Origin: Octopus vulgaris
Lineage: Eukaryota
DNA length: 64,000 bases
Assembly (NCBI GenBank): GCA_951406725.2
Contig: OX597829.1
Span: 23,560,001-23,624,000, forward strand
Direction: 5' to 3'
Positions 53,036 to 64,000 of this stretch are shown piece by piece. The position numbers and the translations under genes were made by a program. The number at the start of each line of letters is the position of its first letter. The stretch's first letter is position 1. The notes under the pieces are model-generated. The model searched no databases and was not told the origin of the DNA. It worked only from the letters and a program-made list of their open reading frames with translations.

Positions 53036-53859
53036 TATGTATAAAAATAAATAAATCATCATCATCATATAATTTATATGTTTTAATCTGGTATGGGGGA
53101 AAGAGTTTGACAAAATCCATCGGGTTTGAGGACCTCATTATGCTCAAATGTCTCTCTTGGCATGGATTTTTATAACTGGGTGCTCTACTTCATGCCAAGC
53201 ACTTTACCAAGTGTACTGGATGACTTTTTTTGTGTGGCATCAGTACAAATGTGGTCACCAAGTAACCCCAAAAAACCAAGATTCTCTTTGTCTAGGAGCT
53301 ACAGTAGAGAGGGTGGCAGCTTTATGCTGGGTGATGTGAGGTTAAAGTATGAAGTAAGAGGACAGTACAGAACAGGTTTCATACTGTAGAGGAGCAATAG
53401 GGTTATTCACTCTATAGAAGAGAGGATAGGAGTTATTGGGGTGGAAAGAAGTAAAAATTATGGTGATGAGATGTCAAGGTGAACATCCAAGATACAAGAT
53501 AAATAGAAGTGGAAACGGAAGAATAGGAGCGTGTATAGATAGAGGTTGCAAGAGTGTGTGGGAAGAGTGAGAGATGATCATAAATGGGAAATAGGTGAGG
53601 AGGAGACTATGATAAATGAAGAACAGTTGTGCAGGGTGGGAAGAGTAGGTGACAACTGTATAGATTAGGTAGGGTTGATATATTGAATGATTTCAAAATT
53701 TCCCAGCCAATCCAAGGATGTGGTGAGCCCATTGCTACAGGAGGAGACTCTTATCCAAAGGACCATGCTTTAGGATTGAACCTAGAACCATGTGGTTGGG
53801 AAGCAACCACACAAGCCATTTTTATTTTATTTTTTTTCAATTTCTATTCTTTTGTTAAC

Positions 53860-54265
53860 ATGTTGGGTAAAATTCTTAGTGGCATTTTGTCCATTTTTAA
53901 ATTTTGAGTTCAAATTCCACTGAGGTTGACTTTGCCTTTCATCCTTTCGGGGTAAATAAAATATGTACCAGTTGAACACTGGGGGTCGATGTAATCAGTA
54001 TAACCCACTCCTGAAATTGCTGGCCTTGTGCCAAAACTTGAAATCTGTATTTACAATAGTGGAAGGTGGTGAACTGGCAGAATTATTAGCACGCCAGACA
54101 AAATGCTTTGTGGCATTTTATCTGTCTTTATATTCAGAGTTCTAATACTGCCGAGGTCGACTTTGCCTTTCATCCTTTCAGGGTCAATAAAATAAATGCC
54201 AGTTAATCACTAGGGTTCAATGGTACAGCTACCCCAAAATTGCAAAAGTACCAACATTTGAAAAT
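53860..54265 (+). mobile_element. Two tandem family B SINE copies
   Basis: gagttcaaattcc...gactttgcctttcatcctttc occurs twice. Confidence 0.7.
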
Positions 54266-55180
54266 TAATATTTACAACAGTATTTGAACTCAGAATGTTA
54301 TGTTCCTTTCTTTTGGAAAATTTACAATTATTTATATACTCTCATAATGAATACGGGTAAAAATATCATAGCACAAAAAGTCACGGTAATAAATTCACAG
54401 GGGTAATAAAGTCTAGGGGAGGGGTTGTCCAAGGGGGCTTGTCTGGATTATAAATTAATTGTGACTTTTTTTCCTTTCCAAAATTGTGACTTTATTATTG
54501 TGACTTTTTTTTTTTCCTGTGACTTTAACAACTGTGACTCATAACAACTGCCAAGCAGTATCTTGGAAATACTGAAGAAGTAAATAAAGGCAACGAAAAA
54601 CAAACAAACAAACAAATAAATAAACAAAAGAAAACATACGAAAAACTGCTGACATGGATATGAAAGAAATCAGAAAAGAAAAAAAAAAAAGAAACAATTA
54701 TAGATCTATGAAAAGTTGTCAGTTATATGAGCTTGCTTGTGTCAAACAAACAAGCAACCAAATAATTACACAGCTTACTGCCGCTGCCACCCCCACCATC
54801 GCCACCATTGCCACCACCATCGCCCCCCCCCCCCCAACTGCCATCACCACCACCATCAGCAAACTAAAAAGAAGAAAATATATATATATATAAAGTGTTT
54901 GGCAACAGTAAAAACACAACACTTAAGCATAAATTAATCTCCTTGAACAGGAATTAAGATCTGTTGTTCATAATAAACATCTGAACCAGAAGAGAACAAT
55001 TGAAAGAAAAATGACAACAAAGAGATATATAAAAATTTGCAAGACTTTCTTAAAACTTGGAGGGTGAAGGGTGAAATAACAAAGAAAACAAAATCTCTTT
55101 CTTCTTTCCATTCTTGCCACCTGCAAGGTGACTAGGTTGTAAAGAAACTAGACTCTAAAAAGAATCCAAGCAGGAAGAGA

Positions 55181-55217
<37 letters not shown>

Positions 55218-55489
55218 AACGTATATACATATGTATATACATATATCCATATACATACATAGATATGTATGATTATTTATACTTTTATGTATGTATATGT
55301 ATGTGTGTGTGTGTAAATAGAAAGATGTTTATAAATATATATATAGATATATATATACAAATACAAAGATGTATACATACTTAAATATACATATACATGC
55401 ATATATTCATATGCAGACACATATATACATGTGTGTGTGTGTTTGTGTGTGTATGTATGTATGTATGTAAGTATGTATGTATGTATGTA

Positions 55490-55535
<46 letters not shown>

Positions 55536-55675
55536 TATGTAGTAAATGTATAAATATGTATGTATATACATATATCCATATACATACATACATACATATG
55601 TATGTTTATGTATACATTAATGCATGTATATGTATGTGTGTGTAAATAGCAAGATGTATATAAATATTTCTCTCC

Positions 55676-55710
<35 letters not shown>

Positions 55711-56009
55711 AAGAAAGATGTATACATACTTAAATATACATATGCATGCGTATATTTATACGCAGACACATATATACATATATGTGTGTGTGTGTGTGCG
55801 CGCATGTGTGAGTGTGCGTGTGCATATATACAAACAACTAAATATGAAAGTATAAATCCTAACATTTATTTGTTGAAGGGGACAAATTGCCATAACAGTT
55901 AGCATCACAGGGGAAAATGCTTAGCATAATTTTGTTTGTCTTTACATTGAGTTCAAATTCACAGGTCAACTTTGTCTTTAATCTTTCCAAGGTTGATAAG
56001 ATAAGTACC

Positions 56010-56239
56010 TATTTCTTTATTAGCCACAAGGGGCTAAACACAGAGGGGACAAACAAGGACAGATATAGGTATTAAGTCAATTACATCGACCTCAGTGCGT
56101 AACTGGTACTTAATTTATCGACCCTGAAAGGATGAAAGGCAAAGTCGACCTCGGCGGAATTTGAACTCACAACGTAACGGCAGACGAAATACCGCTAAGC
56201 ATTTCGCCCAGCGTGCTAACGTTTCTGCCAGCTCGCAGA
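56010..56239 (-). mobile_element. Young family B SINE inserted antisense in an older family B copy
   Basis: 12-bp TSD aagataagtacc at 55998-56009 and 56240-56251. Confidence 0.85.
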
Positions 56240-56442
56240 AAGATAAGTACCAGTTGAGTAATGAGGGTGATGTAATCAATTATGCCCTCTCCCAAAATTG
56301 CTGATTTTGTGCCAAGATTTGAAACAGCTATTTATCCATTCATTTATTTGTAGGTCATTATGACATTTATTGCATTTAACATTTAAACCATTGAATTGAA
56401 GTACTATTTAATACACTTCTATATTTAATAGATGAGGAATTA

Positions 56443-56604
56443 TTTACATTATTTAAATTATTTACATTCAACGGATATTTGTCCTCATCTTGTTTGTTGT
56501 TAACACAACGTTTCGGCTGATATACCCTCCAGGTGTCTTGGTGTAGTTGTTAAGTGCGTAGGCTACTAACAGCAAGATGCCAAGTTTGATTCCAAGCAGT
56601 CATT

Positions 56605-56655
<51 letters not shown>

Positions 56656-56781
56656 TTGAAAAATACCTTAGGAATGAGAACCCAGGTTCGAAATTTCCCC
56701 AAGACACCTGATGAAGGCTGGACGAAACGTGTTAACAACAAACAAGATGAGGACAAATATCAGTCAAATGTAAATAATGTA
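56443..56781 (+). mobile_element. Repeat with tRNA-like head, (AAT)n linker, HHR-bearing tail and 5' inverted copy of the tail
   Basis: tggtgtagttgttaag...agtttgattcc at 56539-56595; acac CTGATGA aggctggac GAAACGT at 56704-56730; 56443-56540 is inverted relative to 56700-56781. Confidence 0.65.
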
Positions 56782-57479
56782 TTTAATACATGTTAGTATG
56801 CATTATTATGGCTACTAAGATGGAAAACATTTATGTAAGGCAGTAGTAAGGTTAAACAACATTTTCATACTTGTAGGAATGTCATCAACGGCGTTATTAT
56901 CATTTTCATTGTTATCATTATCCTTGTTGACTTTGTCGTCAACTGTCATCGTCATTATCAGTTGTAGGAGCATGATGATAGCTCAGCACACAGTAATGAT
57001 CACGATCCTGAATGTTAATATCCAATGGCATCACTGAACATCTGTAAAGGTACTTTGATCTTGCTGAGGGATGAGACAACCTCACTAGTGCTGGTGCTAT
57101 GATTAAATATATCCAGTTCACTCTGTAAAGTGACTGGTGACAGGAAGGGCATCCAGCCGTAGAAATTACACCAGAAATAGAATGTACAAGCAAGACATGG
57201 TCCGCTGATCTATCTAGAAAGGTAGTAACTCTGAAAAAGAACTGACTCAAATTGTGATGACCAGCTCAATCCATGCTAGTATGACAAGCAAACTTTAAAA
57301 ATTATGATGATCACATACAAAAAAAGATACCATTTAATTTCTACTAAAGGTAGAAACAAGGTGATTAGCTTAGAGGAGATCCCTCAGATGGCAAATTTTA
57401 AATTTCTCTGTTATGGCCTGAGAACTATGATAAGAGGAGATTGAAAACCAAACCCTGATAAACTACCTGCATACTAAAT

Positions 57480-57940
57480 TCACAACAATACTCATTGCTA
57501 ACCTTACTGATAGCACTCCTGCATAAGGTTCGAATTGTTCCCACTAGCCATTTATCTTCTCTAGCTTCCAGAGTGACCACTAAATCAGAGACTGAGGCAC
57601 TGTGTCAAAGGCTTTCTCTTGATCAACAAATGTCACAATCAACAAATGACAAGTCCCAATTAGTTAAGCTATAACTCCCTCTGTAACTTCCCTGAGCTAG
57701 TCCAGTAATTTGATACTGCTGTAATTGCTTCTTCTAAAACATCTACTTTACTCTTATAACAGTTGACTATGTTGCTGCTACAACAGTCGTTGAGTATGGT
57801 GTCTTCTTGCACAACCTCATTAACTGTGTAGGCGACTAGGCTGTATTGCACTCCACCAGACATCTTGAGCAGTTCAACTGTAATCCTTGATGAAATTGGA
57901 GCTTTCCCAGTCTTCATATCCTCAAGTGTTTTATTTATCA
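57480..57940 (-). mobile_element. RTE RT fragment, decayed
   Basis: MKTGKAP...ITVELLK...SNIVNCYKSK...DQEKAFDTVP. Confidence 0.65.
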
Positions 57941-58074
57941 CACACACACATACATAACATTAATACACACACCCCAACAAAACATACATAAGTAAATAAA
58001 TACAAATGCAAGCAAGTAAAGTCACCATTCCAGACATACTTGGGTGAAAAGCCAATATGCAGGTTGAATTAAAG

Positions 58075-58364
58075 TAGTTGTTCACAAACTTTTTTTGGGC
58101 TGCCATTGCCTTTACACCCAGGCTACATTGCTAGGACCCTATCCCCCTCTCACATCACAAACATAGACCACTTTCTGAGGCAAATTCAAAACAAATGTAT
58201 TTCTCAAATAAAACTTAACTTAATTAATCTGTTATTTGGTTGTTCATACATTCATCACCCTCTTTTGGCCACCCCATTATCCCCTGACTATTCTTCAGCA
58301 CCCCCCTGCATCTTTCCACTGTTTCCCAGAGGGTGTGGAGTACCACCCACTTTGGGAACCATTG
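58075..58364. mobile_element. hAT MITE
   Basis: Degenerate TIRs tagttgttcacaaact / actttgggaaccattg; 8-bp TSD aattaaag. Confidence 0.65.
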
Positions 58365-59464
58365 AATTAAAGCCTCCTAGAGCCCTGGCTATTCTTCATA
58401 TGGAAACTTGATGCATATAAAACTGTCAATCAAGTCATGAAGAGCCCTACTTCTCTTGGAGAAAAAATCTGTCAAAAGTTTATAGACCACTAGAATGGTC
58501 TTGGTGAAAAACCTATTGCAAAGAATGAACTGTTATTGGTCCTCTGTACTACATTCAATCAACACAGGGTAATTAGATCATTATGCTTCATTAGATTGTG
58601 CAAATAACCTTTCCTCTTTTTTTTTTAAGTTACAGTAAATTCAAGTACTTCTATGAAGTCAGGCCTCTTTTCTTGTCTTGTACACCTGCTCACACTCTGT
58701 TTTTTTCCTCTCTTTTTCTGGCTGCCTTCAACAATTTGCTGTCATTCTCCATTTCATTCCCATTGTCACAGGATGATAGAGGTGATAATGCTAGGGATTA
58801 GTGCAAACTTGGTTTTTCAACTTCTTTGTGGGCTTCCTGGCCATCTAGTTGTTCATAAGGTCTTGGAATCATCTTGGATGAGATACGTTTTGTTTCTCAT
58901 TTCCAGAACCATTTCTGTGGTTTGTTGTTGTTGCTATTATTACAGTCTTTGCTGCCCCTATCTTCTCTGTCTTTCAACCTCCTCTGGTAGAAACAACCCA
59001 CATAACATAGCTGCTAGCTTTCTATCCTTCACAACTCATATGGTTTCTATGATGCTAGATCCACAGTTGACCTACTCTCCTTGGAAAAAACTTTGTTGAC
59101 AGCAGCAAAGCTTTCAGCTAAGCACATGAATCTCCTATTAAAATAGAAACAAAAGTGCCTATAATTTTCTTACCCTCCTATATATATATATATAAATGAC
59201 CCTACTTTAGTCATTAATGAGCATGGGATTGCACCTAGAAAGCTCCCTTCCTCATCTGTCTCTCATCTCTTGGACTGTCAGCTTCTTACCAGATCACGCA
59301 ATTGTAGTATGAGTTGACTTAGCTTATTCTGTCAATACAGACTGATTGGCATAAAATTATTCACAGATATCTTCCAACCTCTACAATACAAATGAGCTGT
59401 ATCTCCTTTCCTTATCTTTTCTACCACTGTTGTAATGGTTTCTGTTTCTCAGAACTGACTAGTC

Positions 59465-59693
59465 CAGGGGTCAAGGACCTTTTTTTAACCAATTATTCTC
59501 AAAGATATTTATTTACACCGAAATTACCCCCCTGATTTGAAAGGAAGAAAATCATAGATCCTTTGAATTCGAAAGGTTTATTGAACAAACACATTTAAAA
59601 AAATTTTACTTATGTCTAATGAGTCTTCATTACCCAGCAAGAATTTCAGTTTTACTCCACTTGAGGTAATTTACTCTGGTTTGTCAACCCATG
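59465..59693. mobile_element. hAT (Charlie-like) MITE
   Basis: Ends caggggtc... / ...aacccatg; 8-bp TSD gactagtc (59457-59464 and 59694-59701). Confidence 0.7.
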
Positions 59694-60538
59694 GACTAGT
59701 CAAATGCTGACTCCCACTCAGGTATTACCAACCCACTCACTCTGCTCTTCTTATCATCCTTGTTGTGTCCTCCATCTCACTAGGCTCCATATTAATCACT
59801 ATAACCAGTTCTTTCTTCCTAGAATATTGTCTCTCTGAAATTCTGGAATGACACTGGTCTAGGAGGGTCTGTGAAGGCCATGGATATGTGATGTTATCTA
59901 GGCAAAAATGGTTGATCTTAATTGTATGGGTATTGAAGAGTTTGTGGTATCAGTGTAGCAGTAGATTGTGCAAGTGTGAGTATATGCTACATGCATACAC
60001 CATTCATACACATATATGCACATACACACATAGATATAAACACATACATATATATATTATATACACACATATATATGTCTATATATATTTGTATTTATAA
60101 ATACATATATGTGCATATATATATATATCTTATGCACACATTTATATATATATATATATATGTCTATATATGCATATATAAATATATATGTGTGTGTGCA
60201 TATATATATATAAATTCTGAGATAGAGGTTATGCAACCGTCTAAAGGATAAATGTATCTGTAGGTACTAAGTATTACTTCACTATGTGTAGTCCTAGCTA
60301 TAAGGTATACAGTATAATTAATCAAAGGACATACTAAGTATGTCTACCTGCTGGAAGTAACAGTCAAAACTCTTGGTGATTTAAATAAGATATTTGATTA
60401 ATTTTAATCCTTCAGCATTTTTTTAGGCCTGCAATTGCCTATGTTATTGACTATGTTATTATTTCTAATTGTTACACTAGATAATAACAGAGTCAAATAT
60501 ATCTTTGGAAATATTTTCTCCTGAATTATTTGCTTCAT

Positions 60539-60574
<36 letters not shown>

Positions 60575-61065
60575 TAAGAAAATTATAGGCATCTTTGTTT
60601 CTGTAATTCATGAACAGAAAAGTAATCGTTGAAGAATTACATCATTTTTCAACATAGTCTCCTTATTTCTTCAAGCACTTCTTCCAGTGGTGTACAAGCT
60701 TGCTTATTCCATCAAAGATGAAGGTTTTAAGCTGTTTGCACTCCAATTTATACACTGCTTACTGCGTTTCTTTGTTAGTAGCAAATCAACAAACTTGTAA
60801 GAGATGTTTGAGCAGTCCAAAGAGGTGATGGTCAGAAGAGGAGAGATCTGGACTGTATGCAGAGTTTAGTATAATAGTAAGACAACAGAGTAATGCTGTT
60901 AGTAGGAGCGGTAAGGAAGATAAAGGTGGAGTTAAAAGAAGTTAAACCCTAACATATGGCTGTCCACTACATTGAAACCATCGGAAAATTCAAGGTGCTG
61001 TTGGAACACTGTGCATACAATAATGTGTTGGTATATCTCAGGCAACATGATAACAATAATAAATG

Positions 61066-61612
61066 CCTTTATGCAGTACCAGACAGTGGTTCTCATGGCT
61101 TCTGATCTTAACTGATTGGAAGTGTTATCATGTACATAGTTTTGTCTTGGTATAAAAGATGGGCTACAGCAAATATTCTGCTCAATACTACAGATTTGCT
61201 TGTCAGTTGTTTGACCGTAACCAGTTGAGCATGTCCCTTGGCAGCTGATGATATGTGCATCACTGATCACGAGCAGAAGTAGTGGGGGAACATCATAGCC
61301 TTGTGTTGAAAGGAATTCTTGGAGGTTTGGATGATTCACCTTTGGAAACATGGGTGGTTCATTCAATATCCTTATTCAGGGACCTTTTGAGCAGGGTGGG
61401 ATACTTGACCTGAAGAAAATTCTAACTGGGTCCCACCTGCAAGGTCATGTGCTGTTTATCTTGATATGCGATCACCATGTTGCGCACATATGGTTGTGAT
61501 GCATGTGCCTGGTGTACCCTTATCAGATGGGTAGTCATGATGGGTATACCGGGCTTTGTATATTTTACCCCAGTGTCACTTTGATGGCATGCACTACTCT
61601 CTCACTCAATAA
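61066..61612. repeat. Unclassified repeat-like segment bounded by (AAT)n
   Basis: A GC-richer block between AAT runs inside the split mariner. Single copy in this window. Confidence 0.35.
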
Positions 61613-61692
61613 TAATGAAATTATTGTATACAGTGACAAGTTGTAGTGCACCTGGGCACTGTATACAATAATTTCATTATTATTATTATTTA

Positions 61693-62054
61693 TGGGTTTT
61701 TCTTCTTCTTTCAAATTTGCTTCCATTTCTTGCCGAGTGTCTTCCCGACTCCTAGGGCAAAGAAACTCATAGTATACATTGGTAGGCCATTAAACTAAAC
61801 TCACTAGTTGGTTCATTTTTTTTTTTTTTTATAGAAATAAGGTTAAATTAAAATACATGGGTAGTAATAGTTCTCACATCGACAATGCTCTTCTCAATAC
61901 GTGTGATGTACCAGTTAAGACAATCTTTCGCACTTCTTGCAGGGATGGTAAGCCAGGGATCATTCTCATATAATTTTCGGTTCCCTTCTTGATCATTCTT
62001 GATCATTCATGCTCCTACGATCACTGGTATTGTAACCGCCTTGAGATGCCACTA
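61693..62054 (-). mobile_element. R4/Dong-like (restriction-like endonuclease) LINE 3' end in (AAT)n
   Basis: WHLKAVTIPVIVGA...MIKKG...IPGLPSLQEVRKIVLTGTSHVLRRALSM*, then a 3' UTR ending in (TAA)n. Confidence 0.7.
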
Positions 62055-62452
62055 TTATTATTATTATAATCATGTTGCCTGAGACACACCAACACATTAT
62101 TGTATGCACAGTGTTCCAATAGCACCTTGAATTTTCCCATGGTTTCAATGTTGTGGACAGCCACATGTAGGCATGCATTATTGTGCAACAATGAGACTTG
62201 TTTTGACAATAGACTTCAGTGTTCGGTGCAAATTGCTAGTTTCAATTTGTTGACTGTAGACCCCACTTCCTGGTAATGTTCCAGGTATAGGTTCTTTTTC
62301 ATCCTCAGTAAATGGTTAGCATTACTTTTTCTGCAGAAGGTCAAGTCTTGTATATCTTTTTCACTATCAGTTCTTTGTGTTTCAACTCCATACAATTCCT
62401 TTTAGATTCTGGCTCAAAGTTACGAACCCAAGTCTCATCCCCTGTAATTATT

Positions 62453-62487
<35 letters not shown>

Positions 62488-64000
62488 CCTTCTTCATTGT
62501 AGTTGTTGAATAAGCATTGATAGATCTCCACACAATTGTACTTACAAATAGCTAAGTCAGAGAAGCAATACACTTTCACACACACACATAAGATGTCAAA
62601 TTTTATATCAATATCCTAAACAATAAAAAATTAGTCAAGTGTTAACAAACAATACATGGCTTGTATGGCTTTATATATCATAAAATCATTTTATTCAATA
62701 TCTTAAATAAAACCAAATATAAAATATTAAATCTGTTTTTTTTTTGTGACAGTTTCTATGATAATTTTCTCTTGTGACATAATTTTTTTGTAACTTAATA
62801 GGGATTATTTTATACGCCCCCCTCTTTTTAGTGTTTGAATTTTTTTTTTTTTGACATATTTCAAGACGGCCACTTTTCATATATATAGATACGTCGGTTA
62901 TAGGGATTCTAGTTTTCAGTCCGAAAATTAAACTAAATCTTTTTAAATAAATAGAAAATACGCTAACCTTAAAAAAAAAGGATTTAACTCTTTTTAATTA
63001 TTATTAACGATGTCTAAGCGCGCGCGAGTCTGTGCGTGCGTGTGTGTGTTACTAGCAATCATAAATTTGTAAAGAAGTTCTAAAAAATAGTAAAAAAATA
63101 TATCAATATATGTCAAGTACTTATTTTATCGATCCCGAAAGCAAAACGTAATTTTAGTGTAAATAACCTGCGAAATTATTATCCAACCTATTTAAATATA
63201 ATGTTTCCTGTAATATTTATAATTTCCACTTGTTAAGTCTTTTTTTTTTTTTTTTGCTTGTTTCACTTCAGACTTAGGTCTTTGGGTCTTTTTTTCTTTT
63301 ACTGCTGCCAAAATTAGTAAAAAGGGAAGAGAAACCAATAAACGAACGTCTATAACATTTTGTGTATTGCCTGGTCGAAGATAAAGTTTACTAATTTTTT
63401 TCTTAAAAAAATAGGTCACACTGTATCAATTTCATTTATATTAAATGAAATACATACTGTAAATACATGACATTCGTAGTAAATAGGTGACTGGAATTAT
63501 TAGAAAGATCTTGAATATAATTGAAATCAGATAATTAAATTATTAATAATAATGACTTATTTTATTGGCTTTAAGGGCCTACGGCTTTGGAGGTGAGATA
63601 TTGCGTAAAGGAAATACAAAACAAAATACAGGGAATGATGTTAACTTGTGAGGTAGGGTGAAATTAATAAACATGAAAACCGAAAAATAAATAATGATAA
63701 ATAAATATCCACAATGGTAGAGAACAACAAAATACCACAAAATCAAGCTTAATAGGGGTGAGGCTAGCTTCATAAGGTTATTCGGATTACCAAGACACAT
63801 CAAAGGCAAGAGCCTTTCTCCCTGTCCTTGTTGTGGACTTAAGGCTTTATATTATGTTAGAATAAGCCCATCAAACCTCGCTAATCACGTCGCTCGTCCT
63901 TCTTTAATAGAATTTTAAACAGGACCGTACCCATCTGACTAGCATTACTTTCCCCTGTAATTTGACAGGGGCTTGATCGGAGAGGAATGACTGCCTTTAA

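Larger units (their letters stand above)
60575..62545 (-). mobile_element. Mariner transposase remnant split by a 1.2-kb insertion block
   Basis: 62100-62455: IITGDETWV...LLHNNACLHVA...LEH. 60640-60865: AYSPDLSSSDHHLFG...KLVHHWKKC...GDYVEK*. Confidence 0.8.

Overview
AT-rich eukaryotic DNA saturated with repeats. The SINE, RTE and microsatellite repertoire looks like an octopus (coleoid cephalopod) genome; this is my recognition of the repeats, not a database match. I find no intact host protein-coding gene. Almost all ORFs in the track are (TA)n/(CA)n artefacts or decayed transposon fragments: RTE, CR1-like and R4/Dong-like LINEs, a Penelope-like element with a GIY-YIG domain, mariner/Tc1, hAT MITEs and several tRNA-derived SINE families. 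The main signal is a set of about 15 type I hammerhead ribozyme (HHR) motifs, folded by hand, in several non-coding elements that mostly sit in (TA)n tracts. The best-preserved are about 330-535 nt units present as more than one tandem copy with an inverted segment on the 5' side of the ribozyme strand (11428-12760, 16113-16710, 16741-17428, 49346-49836). They look like retrozyme-type, Penelope-mobilised elements, possibly copied from circular RNA. All coordinates and folds were worked out by eye and may be off by a few bases.
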